NCBI GenBank assembly: GCA_951406725.2
Contig: OX597821.1
Span: 74,648,001-74,712,000, forward strand
Source of the DNA: Octopus vulgaris
Taxonomy: Eukaryota
Direction of reading: 5' to 3'
DNA length: 64,000 bases
Part shown: in pieces, positions 40,430-54,050 of the stretch
Layout: every line of letters starts with the position of its first letter
How positions within the stretch are numbered: position 1 is the stretch's first letter
Position numbers and translations under genes: made by a program
Notes under the pieces: generated by a model
The model's input: only the letters and a program-made list of their open reading frames with translations
Database searches by the model: none
What the model was told of the DNA's origin: nothing

Positions 40430-41346
40430 CGAATTAAAAACGAACTCAATACAAAGTGCAAAGTTATTGCATACACATATATGTGTGCGCACGTTATTGT
40501 GTGTACATGTTTGTATATGACTCTCTGTGTGTTTGTGTATGTGTGAGTGAGTGTTCATATGTATATGTGGGTGTATATGAATGCGTGTGTATCAAAAAGA
40601 AAACCAATTTTCCAACATCTTGGCTGAACAAAATAGTTGCTAGAGAAATAACGCTGACTGTCTTCATCTGAAAATAATAACGTGAATTTGAAGGCAATTT
40701 CACAGCTTAATTGATTGATATGTTACTTACAACACTGGCTGGGCTGACATCCCTTCTAAATGAAATATGTATCATCGGATGAGTTGGAGGGAGACAGCAG
40801 CCTGTGGGTATAGATTTTGTTTTGCTCAGGATAGATCAGAAGAGAGAAAGAAAAAAGATATATCTCAAGCAAACGAGAGACTGGTTATCCTAGTTTTCTT
40901 CAACACTATGTCATTTCATCACACGTATGCAATTTGTCATTTCTTATCCATCAAACAGTCCACGGTGAACTCAATTTTCTATTTACGTACCGATATATTT
41001 AACTTGGTTAACTACTTAACACATTTCTGTCATGTTGTATATAGGCTATTCCAATCTCTCAACACCTTGGAGTTTAACTTGTCTGACCTGACAAGTGAGC
41101 TTTACAGTATTGTGTCTGAAGGGAATGTAGATCGAGTCACTCACGACTCAACACATTCACTCACTGAGTCAAAGTCGCCACTGAGAGTGAAAAATTTGAT
41201 CTTGGAAATTTTATTTCCGTTGAAATACATAAAAAAACACACACACATAACAATCACATATACTTGTACATACACGCGAAAATGTATACGTACACATGCA
41301 TATCAATATACTATATAGACTAGTATATACATATACATATACATAA

Positions 41347-41386
<40 letters not shown>

Positions 41387-41475
41387 CAATATTATGTAAA
41401 TAGAGGAAATTTATCTATACAATATGTTACATTACTCGGTAGTCAAGATAAAACTCTGAGTTTCAGATGCCGAAG

Positions 41476-41540
<65 letters not shown>

Positions 41541-41614
41541 TAGTTAGATAGATATAAACACACATATATACTTATTTATATATATTATTTCTGTGTGTGT
41601 GCATGTATGTATGC

Positions 41615-41661
<47 letters not shown>

Positions 41662-42579
41662 CGAATTAAAAACGAACTCAATACAAAGTGCAAAGTTATT
41701 GCATACACATATATGTGTGCGCACGTTATTGTGTGTACATGTTTGTATATGACTCTCTGTGTGTTTGTGTATGTGTGAGTGAGTGTTCATATGTATATGT
41801 GGGTGTATATGAATGCGTGTGTATCAAAAAGAAAACCAATTTTCCAACATCTTGGCTGAACAAAATAGTTGCTAGAGAAATAACGCTGACTGTCTTCATC
41901 TGAAAATAATAACGTGAATTTGAAGGCAATTTCACAGCTTAATTGATTGATATGTTACTTACAACACTGGCTGGGCTGACATCCCTTCTAAATGAAATAT
42001 GTATCATCGGATGAGTTGGAGGGAGACAGCAGCCTGTGGGTATAGATTTTGTTTTGCTCAGGATAGATCAGAAGAGAGAAAGAAAAAAAGATATATCTCA
42101 AGCAAACGAGAGACTGGTTATCCTAGTTTTCTTCAACACTATGTCATTTCATCACACGTATGCAATTTGTCATTTCTTATCCATCAAACAGTCCACGGTG
42201 AACTCAATTTTCTATTTACGTACCGATATATTTAACTTGGTTAACTACTTAACACATTTCTGTCATGTTGTATATAGGCTATTCCAATCTCTCAACACCT
42301 TGGAGTTTAACTTGTCTGACCTGACAAGTGAGCTTTACAGTATTGTGTCTGAAGGGAATGTAGATCGAGTCACTCACGACTCAACACATTCACTCACTGA
42401 GTCAAAGTCGCCACTGAGAGTGAAAAATTTGATCTTGGAAATTTTACACACACACATAACAATCACATATACTTGTACATACACGCGAAAATGTATATGG
42501 TGTTGTGGATTTCCACTTCGGCATCTGAAACTCAGAGTTTTATCTTGACTACCGAGTATATACATATACATATACATAA

Positions 42580-42632
<53 letters not shown>
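40316..42632. repeat. Tandem duplication, period about 1.23 kb
   Basis: Identical ORFs at 40456 and 41688 (offset 1232); near-identical unique sequence bounded by (TA)n. Confidence 0.95.
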
Positions 42633-42636
<4 letters not shown>

Positions 42637-42751
42637 AATAAGGGCAAAAGTAAAAGATTTTTTTGCCAAAGATGCCGAGAATAGACTTATTTATAAGTTT
42701 TTATAATTTTCACCTTAAAAGTTATTTTTTAATATGCTGGCCACTGATAAA

Positions 42752-42819
<68 letters not shown>

Positions 42820-43919
42820 ATATGTATGTACTTATGCATAGACATATCTATCTATATATATGTTTGTGTACGTGTGTTTGTGTGTGTAAGTCATGCTGAT
42901 ATTATTGTCAATGTCAAATTTTTCTAGGTATTCATTTGTAATGTTATGTTTCTTTGGTTACTTCCGCAGAAATCGAACCCGTTATAGATTTGCGTATGCA
43001 TTTGATTACAATGTGCAACAATTTAAAGCCTTTTTGTTATTGTTTTTGTTCAGTAAGTTTTATTTATTATTCTCTTCTATCTAGAAATCAAAGGAAATGA
43101 CTACTATTCCCTTGAAACTTTGCTTTTGTGAGCTGGACATAAATATTTTGAAACTGACCTAATTTCCATTACATTTCAGCCTCATTCAACGCTGAGTTGC
43201 TGAAGCAGAAATATCGTTATGACAAATATTTTGCTTAATACCACAGATTTGTTTATCACTTGCGGAGTTTGAAGTTAGAACATAAAGTAGGGATTAATGG
43301 TGCTAAGCATATGTTTCCGCTGCGGCAATGATTCTGCCTGCTTCTTAATCTTATATTGTAAAACAGAAGCTGATCTTTGACTGTCTCCGTCACAAGATAT
43401 GTGAATGAGAGGAAGTAAAGGAGGAATCAACAGGGGAAATAAACTGTCACAACATATATTTAGAATGGGAGGAGAAAAAGTTGTTGAGAGTGAAAAGCAA
43501 TGAGATAGAAAGTGTGTGTGCGTATGTGAGTGTCTGAAAGACAGATAAGAAATGTTGTTACCAAAGCAACTAACAAGTTTGATTAAAAATGCGGAAAGTT
43601 TAAGTGCAAGTCTGTCAACACAGCGCAACACTGATTCGAAAATAAAATGACTTTCACTATATAACATTGCAGATAGTTATTTTGGTTTGTTTGTTTGTTT
43701 GTGTGTGTGTTTCTGTATGTCTCTCAACATAGAGACAGCGCAATACAGACTTTAAGAAAGGCCTTTTGATATAATGACAGGTTGTTATTGTTGAGAGAGA
43801 AATTCATTGAAAGTGTGTATGTGTGTGTGTGTGTGTGCGTGTGAACGATAGAATTAAAATTTGTTTCAAGAAAAAACAGGTTGTTGATCTTGTTGTTGAT
43901 ACAGAAAAAAGAGAGAGTA

Positions 43920-43955
<36 letters not shown>

Positions 43956-45091
43956 CAAGTGTACTTGTGTGTGTGTGCAAGATAGGTAGCGATAGTAAAT
44001 AACGAGCTTTTCACTATATAGCAGTCTACTATTAAAGGAAGGCACATGCATGATTAACAGATACTTCTACCGGCAGCATAGCAACAGTTAAAGACCCAGT
44101 ATTTGATTTTATTGATACTAATATTTAGCAGGGACGTTTTGTGCTGTCTGTATTGATGACGATGCCAAATTCAGCGGGATTCGAACTCAGGACATAAGTG
44201 GACGCTACTCTCTTTTGTTACACAATATTTTCAATTATTCCTTGGCTCTCCAGCATAATATTGTGTTTCTACGTAGGCAACCATCAAAATTAGCCAATAA
44301 AAAATTGTTATATTGTTCATTCACCTGTCTAAAGTAGAACCTGAAATCACATTCCACCAGCTAAGGGAAAAGTGACACAAATGATTGTGGTGGATCTCGA
44401 GGCCTTATGACTAAACAGAAGATGGGGGTGGTCATCGATGGAACTCTTTTGGTCAGAAATTTCCTCGATCAGAGGTGACTTGAGAGTAAAAAACAGTGAC
44501 AGTAAGAACAAGAGGCAACAGTGTGATGGGATTATGTATAAGCCGTGGAAATCTCTTAATCATGAGTTGTATTATCAATGTGAGCGGGATTAAAATATAA
44601 ATTAGAACGGGACAGGATTGGAACATATTAGATATGATTTTTCCGTATTACGCAATACTGAAATATATTTTAAACTTAACACACCTGTTTACTAGTATTA
44701 TCATCAATTTTTCTTACACAATAAATAATCATTTTGGTCGCACAAACTCAAGTAGTGGATGCGTGGCTGAATTGGCAGTTAGATACACGCTCATCCATCC
44801 AGTTGAAGAATTATCATAAGTGGATAGAGACACATACAGAGATAGAAATAGATAGTTAGATAGAGATACAGATAGATAGAGACAGAGAGAGAAAGAGAGA
44901 AATGGAGACAGATACCTAGAAACATGGGCGGATGCTTATATGGAAAATCATCTAATAAGAAGCGAAGAAAGAAAAGTATATTGAATTCTACTATAGCTCG
45001 GAGCACACGTGCAGTGGCAAAATAGACTCACATATTGAAGAACATACATATATGATTACGCATTCTAATACGATTTAGCGCACTAATATGG

Positions 45092-45110
45092 CTATATATA
45101 TATATATATG

Positions 45111-45193
<83 letters not shown>

Positions 45194-45220
45194 GTTTATT
45201 CTGTAGGTATACATACACAT

Positions 45221-45267
<47 letters not shown>

Positions 45268-45414
45268 TGTATGTGTATATGTATGTGTGTATGTATGTAT
45301 GTGTGAATGTATATATGAGAGTAGAGCGAGAGAGAAATAGGGAGAGAAGGAAGAGAAGAGAAAGAGAACGGGAAATACAAAATATAATAGAAATATGTCT
45401 AAGTGACTTGACGC

Positions 45415-45455
<41 letters not shown>

Positions 45456-45515
45456 AATGTATGTATATACAGATATGTATATATATATATATATACATAT
45501 ATACATAGATACATG

Positions 45516-45559
<44 letters not shown>

Positions 45560-45587
45560 TATATATATATATATATATAGATATGTG

Positions 45588-45648
<61 letters not shown>

Positions 45649-45705
45649 GTATATATATATATGTATATATATATGTATATATATATGTATATATATATAT
45701 ATATA
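45092..45705. repeat. (TA)n/(TATG)n-rich low-complexity region
   Basis: Seen directly. Confidence 0.9.
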
Positions 45706-45895
45706 AACATGTGCAAATGTGGTGGAGAGAAGCATGAGAACCAGAAGAAGATGAAGATGGCAGCTTTGCCTAGAGGTTTTCGGTTCATCTGATTTTTTTC
45801 TTTCTCTCTCGACATTTTTCGAAAGAGGATAGATGCAGTGACACAGAGTAGTAGTGGTCGGGAGTTTAAACGGCAGAACAACAACAATAATAATG

Positions 45896-45945
<50 letters not shown>

Positions 45946-46431
45946 GACAGTAACAACAATACACGTATGTGTATATCTGAGCACGTGTGTGTGTGTGTGT
46001 GTGTGTGTGAGTAAAAATGAAAAAGAACATAAATGAGAAAGGAAAACTGTCCGCGTGACATGAGTCAACAATGCAACATTTCCTCGTGGGATGCTCGACT
46101 GTTTTTTTGTCTGAAATTTCGGCATCTCTTCTGGCAACACTTCTTATTCTTTTGGAGAATCGATTGAACTACTGCCTTCCTATAACGAATATTTCAAAAA
46201 AAAAAACAAAAGAAAAAAAAAAACAAGAACTTACAAAATGGAAAGGAACTTGACAACCTGATAGTTTTCTTTTCTTCTTTTTTTTTTTAGTTCCTGGAAA
46301 ATTTCCCGAGATAAACAGTTCTAATAGATTTTAGACAGAAAATTGATAGCTACGAGTGAAATGTAAGGGTAAAATGAAAAAACGAAGACGAGAAAAAACA
46401 ATGGAGACTTTAAAAGCAGTAGATTTAAAAC

Positions 46432-46491
<60 letters not shown>

Positions 46492-47091
46492 CACGTATGC
46501 ATACGTACATAAATACACGCGTTCACACACAAACACACGCGCATGTACACACACACACATAGACATACACGCACACACATTTCTGCGGCGGAGAGAACGG
46601 ATTGGAAAATTATTAGACTCCAATAAAATGGATAAAGTGTTTAATAATAATATGTTGTTAAAAGTGTTATTTAAACGCGTTTACTTGCGATAAAACTCGA
46701 TAATCTGGTGACACACACAGTAAATATCCCTCCCCCACAAAAAAAACATCCACATACATCCCGCCCCCCACACATGCACACACGTTACTTCACTGACTAA
46801 AATTCTGTGTCAGTATTTCCAAATTTTACGTGTATGTAAGCAATTTCTTCAAAATACAAGGAACAGATGATGTTATTTCAGTTTCCAGCATCGCCCTATT
46901 CATGGGATTCACCCCCAAGAAATGTTAACCTTAGGTTTCTAAGTCACTTTTCACTGTTTCCTTGAAAGGGTTGCCCCATTTAAAAGAATATCTTTTTTTT
47001 TTTATTTCATTTTCAACAAATTTTGGGGAAAAAATAATTTAAACAATTTAGAAAGTTACTTCCGGAAATGTTGCTTAAAATATATTTGAAT

Positions 47092-47175
47092 TGGCGTAGA
47101 GGTTAAGAGCGCGAGCTATTAACACCAAGATTCTTAGTTCGATTGCAGGCAGTGACCAGAATAATAATAATGATG

Positions 47176-47212
<37 letters not shown>

Positions 47213-47388
47213 CAACAACATCGCAAAATACTTTAGGAATGAGAACCCAGGTTCGAAATTTCCTCAAGACACCTGATGATGGCTGGAGGGTATATCAGCC
47301 GAAATCTGTTAACAACAAACAAGATGAGGACAAATATCCGTCAAATGTAAAAATGTACACAATTCCTCATCGCTTAAATATAGAACTG
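47092..47388 (+). mobile_element. tRNA-headed hammerhead SINE family D
   Basis: TGGCGTAGAGG A box, GTTCGATTGC B box, (AAT)n, CTGATGA 47273-47279, stem GGCTG/CAGCC, GAAA 47301-47304. Confidence 0.82.
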
Positions 47389-48074
47389 TGTCATCTAATA
47401 TGTCTAATTTGCTAAGCAATTAATAATTTTATACTTTAAGATAAATTACATCATTTTATGCACTTGAGGAGAGATGACTGCTATACCCAAATTAGGCTGA
47501 TACTGCAAAACTCTGACCCGCTTCATTCGTGGTTTTAATGCGGGTTTACATGAAACCCCTTAAACTCTATAGCTAACTGAACATCAAAAATAACCAGAGA
47601 GATAACGAATCATACACGCACACACATTTCTGCGGCGGAGCTTACAATAAAATGGATGCGCGTTTACTTGCGATAAAACTCGATAATCTGGTGACACACA
47701 CAGTAAATATCCCTCCCCCACAAAAAAAACATCCACATACATCCCGCCCCCCACACATGCACACACGTTACTTCACTGACTAAAATTCTGTGTCAGTATT
47801 TCCAAATTTTACGTGTATGTAAGCAATTTCTTCAAAATACAAGGAACAGATGATGTTATTTCAGTTTCCAGCATCGCCCTATTCATGGGATTCACCCCCA
47901 AGAAATGTTAACCTTAGGTTTTCTAAGTCACTTTTCACTGTTTCCTTGAAAGGGTTGCCCCATTTAAAAGAATATCTTTTTTTTTTACTTCATTTTCAAC
48001 AAATTTTGGGGAAAAAATAATTTAAACAATTTAGAAAGTTACTTCCGGAAATGTTGCTTAAAATATATTTGAAT

Positions 48075-48158
48075 TGGCGTAGAGGTTAAGAGCGCGAGCT
48101 ATTAACACCAAGATTCTTAGTTCGATTGCAGGCAGTGACCAGAATAATAATAATGATG

Positions 48159-48192
<34 letters not shown>

Positions 48193-48368
48193 CAACAACA
48201 TCGCAAAATACTTTAGGAATGAGAACCCAGGTTCGAAATTTCCTCAAGACACCTGATGATGGCTGGAGGGTATATCAGCCGAAATCTGTTAACAACAAAC
48301 AAGATGAGGACAAATATCCGTCAAATGTAAAAATGTACACGATTCCTCATCGCTTAAATATAGAACTG
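48075..48368 (+). mobile_element. Family D copy created by the tandem duplication
   Basis: CTGATGA 48253-48259, GAAA 48281-48284. Confidence 0.82.
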
Positions 48369-48612
48369 TGTCATCTAATATGTCTAATTTGCTAAGCAAT
48401 TAATAATTTTATACTTTAAGATAAATTACATCATTTTATGCACTTGAGGAGAGATGACTGCTATACCCAAATTAGGCTGATACTGCAAAACTCTGACCCG
48501 CTTCATTCGTGGTTTTAATGCGGGTTTACATGAAACCCCTTAAACTCTATAGCTAACTGAACATCAAAAATAACCAGAGAGATAACGAATCGCTTACAAA
48601 GTGCAATATAAT

Positions 48613-48753
48613 CCTTTCTACTATAGGCACAATGCCTGGATTTTCTGGGGAAGGGGACAGTCGATCATATCGACGACAGCACTCAACTGGTACTTAATTT
48701 ATCGACCTCGAAAGGATGAAATGCAAATTCCACCTCGGCGGGATTTGAACTCA
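48613..48753 (-). mobile_element. 5'-truncated SINE family A with 18 bp TSD
   Basis: TSD TACAAAGTGCAATATAAT at 48595-48612 and 48754-48771. Confidence 0.92.
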
Positions 48754-48995
48754 TACAAAGTGCAATATAATAAAATACAATTGTATTACAACTTAGTCCA
48801 GTACAACACAAAAGAGATAATGTTTTTTAAGACGCTTAAGCATTAATACGGATTTGCCAAAGAATTACACTTTGGGATTTCCTAGTAACTTGCAGGTTAC
48901 CGCATGAGAGTTATTAAATTATTTCACCTTACTATGCCAGATTTTTTACTAGATAATGTATTAATTTAACACAGCACTGTATATAGATATCCGAT

Positions 48996-49251
48996 CTCCC
49001 TTTGAGCCCTTTTTAAAACCTAACCAGGCTCATGGGCCCTGTTTCCCAGTTTCTTTAGCGTATGTGTTCCCCAGCTAGACGGGACGCCAGTCCATCGCAG
49101 CGTTACTCATTTTTGCCAGCTGAGTGGACTCGAGCAACGTGAAATGAAGTGTTTTGCTCAAGAACACAATGCGTCGCCCGGTCCAGGAATCGAAACCACA
49201 ATCTTACGATCATGATGCTGATACCCTAACCACTAAGCCACGCGCTTCCAC
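48996..49251 (-). mobile_element. tRNA-derived SINE family E (CORE-like plus V-domain-like)
   Basis: Minus: GTGGCTTAGTGG A box, GTTTCGATTCC B box, TTCTTGAGCAAAACACTT, CTGCGATGGACTGGCGTCCCGTC; TSD ATAGATATCCGAT at 48983-48995 and 49252-49264. Confidence 0.9.
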
Positions 49252-49686
49252 ATAGATATCCGATAGAGTAGATAAACATTTTTCTACGGAAGAGTTCAGT
49301 AAGTTTCCCGTTTCCTTCTCCAGTTACGAATAAAGTGAAATGAAAATATTATTTAAGTGTCTGGAGCCTACATTGTAGAGCTAAGTGAAGTGAAGTTCAT
49401 ACAGCTGAATGAAGCCGGGGTTCTTTGGGCTCGGATGCATGTCTGAAGAAGATGCCAACTCCTCGGTTTATCTTATTCGATATTCTGCTACTACGCGGGA
49501 TTCACTGATGGCTGCATAGCTAAGACGTTCCTTATTCAATCTCTAAGATGAACGTTCCGTCCTACTGCCTATCAATTTCGAAAAGCGTGTTCTACTGCAG
49601 ACGCTGATAGACTATCGATATTTACGAGTAGAATTTTGCAGAGGGAAACAGTGCAAAGCTAAGTACATACATATATAAATATACAT

Positions 49687-49781
<95 letters not shown>

Positions 49782-50362
49782 GAGGGAGGGAGAGAGAGAG
49801 AGGGGGAGAGAGGAGGAGACCCATTTCGGTCATGAATGACTTAGAAAATTACCCTCCGTGGCACAAATCCGAGCAAGGTTGTTTGTGGAAGGCCATGAAT
49901 AATAGCCTCCCCTCTCCACACCACTGATGATATCTAAGGGAAACGTGTGAATATATATATATGATGGATGTCCACAAGTGACCGTGGAAGACCATCACTA
50001 ACCATTGACCATGCAAAATGCCAGCAATACTCGTGCATGAGGTTATTACATCCGCGGTCGGCTTCATCCAGTTTCACACCCGCAGCTTCCATCCTTGCTG
50101 GGGCGCTCTCCTAAGCACCAGGCATCGGAAAACCGCCTCACCGAAGAATGTAAATTTTAGGTCCAATATGCTTTGTACACCACTTCACAGACCCTTTTAA
50201 TCCAAATGACAAACGTCATACAGAGATAATCCAGGACATGATATCCAGTGCGGATATGGGTCGCAAGCTCAGGAATGTGGAGAGGTCATGATCACAAGCG
50301 CGAGCAAAAGATCCCCAGAATGCTCAGAGTCATTCCTTGCATGCATACATACACACATAAAG

Positions 50363-51029
50363 GCTGCCCCATCGTAATCGAGTATGGCCATTGCACGAAG
50401 CTTAACAGTTATTGGTGCTGTGATCGAATGTGACTTTTATTTGTTTTTTAAGGCTACAGCCAGCCATTCAGTTGAGACTCACAGCATCATCAACAATCAT
50501 GAAAAATGTTGTTATCGGGCAATACCTGTGCAAGAAGATTTTTTTAAAGTGAGGAAAGGCTGTGCACTGAGTCAATCCCACTCACTAAGCAACAGCAGCC
50601 ATAATCCGAAAAGAAGAACAAGTCAACATCATCGGTAACTACTGAGCCGCAGGTTTTATGTCGGAGTTATCCCAGTTACCTGAGTTACCTTCTCCTAGAA
50701 GGATGCCCTAACAAAGGCTAGGAGTCTTTCACTCCCAATGGTTTAACCGCGCGATCGGGTATTCAGTCCGATTATTTCTATGTCTCCGCGCATGATACAA
50801 CCTTAAGCCTTAAGAAAACAAAAAAAAAACATATTTATTGGATGGCCGTTGACTCTCAAGAGTTCCTCCGCCCTTTGACGGGTTTTGTTTTTCATCCCGC
50901 AGGGTGTCCAATAATTACCGTCCTCATCAAGCAAGCTTAGTGGGGTTGCCGGTTTAGTCACCGACGGCCCGACCGTGCAACATGTTGTACTGGGTTACAT
51001 GTTACCAGTAGCACTTGAAAGTGACCTGA
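50363..51029 (-). mobile_element. Non-coding non-autonomous retroelement with RTE-like 5' UTR motif
   Basis: Reverse complement of 56356-56905; GGGCATCCTTCTAGGAGAAGGTAACTC..AAACC resembles RTE 5' UTRs; abuts (TACA)n. Confidence 0.7.
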
Positions 51030-51118
51030 CATAAAATACATACATACATACATAATACATACATGCATACATACATGCATACATACATACATAATACATA
51101 CATACATACATACATACA

Positions 51119-51147
<29 letters not shown>

Positions 51148-51149
<2 letters not shown>

Positions 51150-51365
51150 GCGAATATCTCTTTGACTTTCAAAGAGAAAGACGATAATCGTGGACAACTG
51201 CTTCAAATCCTCCAGCTCCTATACCCAGATTATAAATTTACATTTCTACCAATATTAATTGATGCACCTAGTCTTGTGAGTAAATCCCAAACTGACAATC
51301 TGGATAAGCTTAAACTTTCAGAAAAAAATCAAACAACCAATTCGTACCTCACAAGTACAAACTGT
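51148..51365 (+). mobile_element. RLE-type LINE C-terminal relic after (TACA)n
   Basis: NISLTFKEKDDNRGQLLQILQLLYPDYKFTFLPILIDAPSLV parallels EK..Y..L....VPIIIGALG of RLE LINEs. Confidence 0.55.
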
Positions 51366-51769
51366 GTTAGTTTTAAGGTTGTTTCTACCGATACTCTTTA
51401 GAACCTATAATCAGCACTGATTTTTGCTAAAACGTTTCGTATTGAGACGCAGGAGTAAAGAAGCAATGAGATCGGAGACAAAAGTGGGGTTTTGGTTCCT
51501 GCAACTGCTCCCATCTAACCCATTCTCATCTCCGAAGACATAGCTTATATAGCCACCACATACAGCAGTGTTAAGTCATTGGAAATACCAATTTACATGT
51601 TCCTAGGACAGGTATTTAATCATTAAAGGTTTGTAGGTACGTAGCACTTCGTTATACCCATAAAAAATCTGTAAGTGGACCATAAAAAATATGATGGAAT
51701 TTTATGCAGTTTGAAATGAGATTTGTATTTCGGTTAGAAACCAGTTACTTCCTCAGGGGGAAGTTCCCT

Positions 51770-52100
51770 TATTCCCTCTTTCTTGGAATTTTCTAGGAAG
51801 TCCCCTCCTCTCCCACTCTTTGGACATTTCCATGAAGTTTTCCACTTTACACCACACCCTCCATTTCCATTTTTCACTCTTCACCCTCCTCAGAATTTTC
51901 CAGGATGTTACCCCCTTTTCACCCCACTCCTCGGATTTTTCCAGGAAGTCCCATACACTCCATTCCTTGGACTTTCCCGTCCCTCTACTCTCCCCTCCTC
52001 GGAATTTTCCACGAAGTTTTCCCCCTTTTACCAGCTCTTCGGATATTTCCAGGAAATTTCTCCTCAGACATTTCCATAAAGTTTCCCCACTTCTCACCCC
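51770..52100. repeat. Degenerate ~35 bp minisatellite (CCTCGGAATTTTCCAGGAAGT core)
   Basis: Seven or more diverged units seen. Confidence 0.75.
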
Positions 52101-52103
52101 TAC

Positions 52104-52330
52104 TAGGACGTGCCTGACATTGAGACAGAGAACAACACTACATAAAGAGCAGATCCCTTTGCCGCAATACAGAAAGATTCCTTTAAGTGAACACATAGAT
52201 AGAGGTGCAGGCAACATCAAACGAAATTTCTCACTTTTCCCCTTCTATCAGTGCAAAGATACATTTCCTATACAAGAACGTTTAAATAAAGAAAATTTAT
52301 TCATCGAAAAATAAAGAACACATCTAAATA
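52104..52330 (+). mobile_element. Penelope-like GIY-YIG endonuclease C-terminal relic
   Basis: TCLTLRQRTTLHKEQI..LSEHI..FPFYQ..ERLNKENLFIEK*RTHLN fits the GIY-YIG pattern GxT..LxxRxxxH...R..E..FI..Y.P.LN. Confidence 0.72.
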
Positions 52331-52341
52331 TTATTGTTATT

Positions 52342-52738
52342 CCTTTACTTGTTTCAGTAATTTGTGCAGCTATGCTGGAGCACCGCCTTTAGTCGAACAA
52401 ATCCTTTCTAATCCTAGTACTTATTCTTTGTAATCCTAGTACCTTTTCTGTCGTTGTCTTTTGCCGAATCGCTAGGTTACGAGGACATAAACACATCGAC
52501 ATCAGTTGTCAAGTGATGGTGGGGGGCACAAACACAGACACACAAATACATACAAACGCATATATACATATGTATATTAACGACGAGCTTCTTTCAGTTT
52601 CCGTCTCCCAAACCAATCACAAGGTTTTGGTCGGCCCGAGGCTATAGTATAAGATACTTACCCAAGCTGCCACGCAGTGGGAATGAACCTGGAACCATGT
52701 GGTTGGGAAGCAAGCTTCTTACTACACAGCCACTCCTG
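52342..52738 (-). mobile_element. CORE-like SINE family B
   Basis: Reverse complement of family B head and tail. Confidence 0.87.
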
Positions 52739-52861
52739 TTTGTAATATTTTTAAAGGGGTAATTAAAACCAAACAGTACAAAGCAAAAAACCAAAGAGAG
52801 AATTACTTAGAAATTTAATCTAAGCGTTACTCTTCCATTTTATTATATCTTTCCTTTTTTT

Positions 52862-53096
52862 AAGGCGGCGAGCTGGCAGAAACGTTAGCACACCGGGCGA
52901 AATGCTTAGCGGTATTGCGTCTGTCGTTGCGTTCTGAGTTCAAATTCCGCCGAGGTCGACTTTGCCTTTCATCCTTTCGGGGTCGATAAATTAAGTACCA
53001 GTTACGCACTGGGGTCGATGTAATCGACTTAATCCGTTTGTCTGTCCTTGTTTGTCCCCTCTATGTTTAGCCCCTTGTGGGCAATAAAGAAACAGA
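52862..53096 (+). mobile_element. SINE family A, best-preserved full-length copy
   Basis: GGCGGCGAGCTGGCAGAAACG head, GTTCAAATTCC, GCCTTTCATCCTTTCGGGGTCGATAAA; perfect 18 bp TSD TATATCTTTCCTTTTTTT at 52844-52861 and 53097-53114. Confidence 0.95.
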
Positions 53097-53740
53097 TATA
53101 TCTTTCCTTTTTTTGCTTTTTTTTTGCTTTTTTACCACCTAACCGATTTTCTGTTATATCACACAAGGCTGCAGATCGGATCTCCTTTTCAATGAACTTA
53201 ACCACATTTAATATGGTTAAGAACTGGGATAGTTAGATGGCCTAAAATTAGTAACAAAGAAATGAATATTGGCCTTAAGAATACTGTTCCCCTACTGCAG
53301 TGTGTGAATGATAATATGACTGTCAACATTACCACGTGAGCGATTACTTTGTTCTGCTCTTTGTATGCGCTTTTCACTTCAATCTAGAAATAAAAGCTTG
53401 ATGATATCAAAGTCGATCATTTTAAAATTGTGTGGACGAAAAAGTTGTGATATTTGTCATAGGTCCGAAAATAAGTGGACAACTATATATGGAATAACTA
53501 ATAATATATGCATTATTCATTATTCCAGCTACTTGTAGTTATGGCTTTACTGCTACAAGCAACAGATTCAGGAATGTTGCCTGCGTTAGGAATATCGCTT
53601 AGTAAAAACAGCTCAAATTTCAGCCAATGATTAGGAAGACACTGCACTTGGCTTCGTGAACAAACTGCAGGCAACATTATCAGAGAAGAATACAAGAACA
53701 CTTTGACACTGAAATGTTGCAACGTTTACCACACACACAC

Positions 53741-53847
<107 letters not shown>

Positions 53848-54050
53848 AAAAATAGCTTTTAAAAAGTAGTTTCAAGTTTTGCAATCGAGTGGTATTTAGT
53901 ATCGTATGACAATCTTTGAAGTAAATTTTCCCTCTCGCTGTCTTTCTCTGCATATATATATAGTGAGAATTTACAAAGAAACAAAAGATGAAGACGGGTG
54001 TGTAAGCAACAAACAGACGTATTAGTTTAACGCTCGGGAAGTGAAAAAGT

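Larger units (their letters stand above)
46564..48591. repeat. Tandem duplication, period about 0.98 kb
   Basis: 46676-47611 nearly identical to about 47659-48591; patchwork junction at 47611-47660. Confidence 0.95.

Noticed and set aside
40767-41318. 183 aa ORF repeated at 42036
   Set aside because: No recognisable motifs; frameshifted in the duplicate; repetition explained by the tandem duplication
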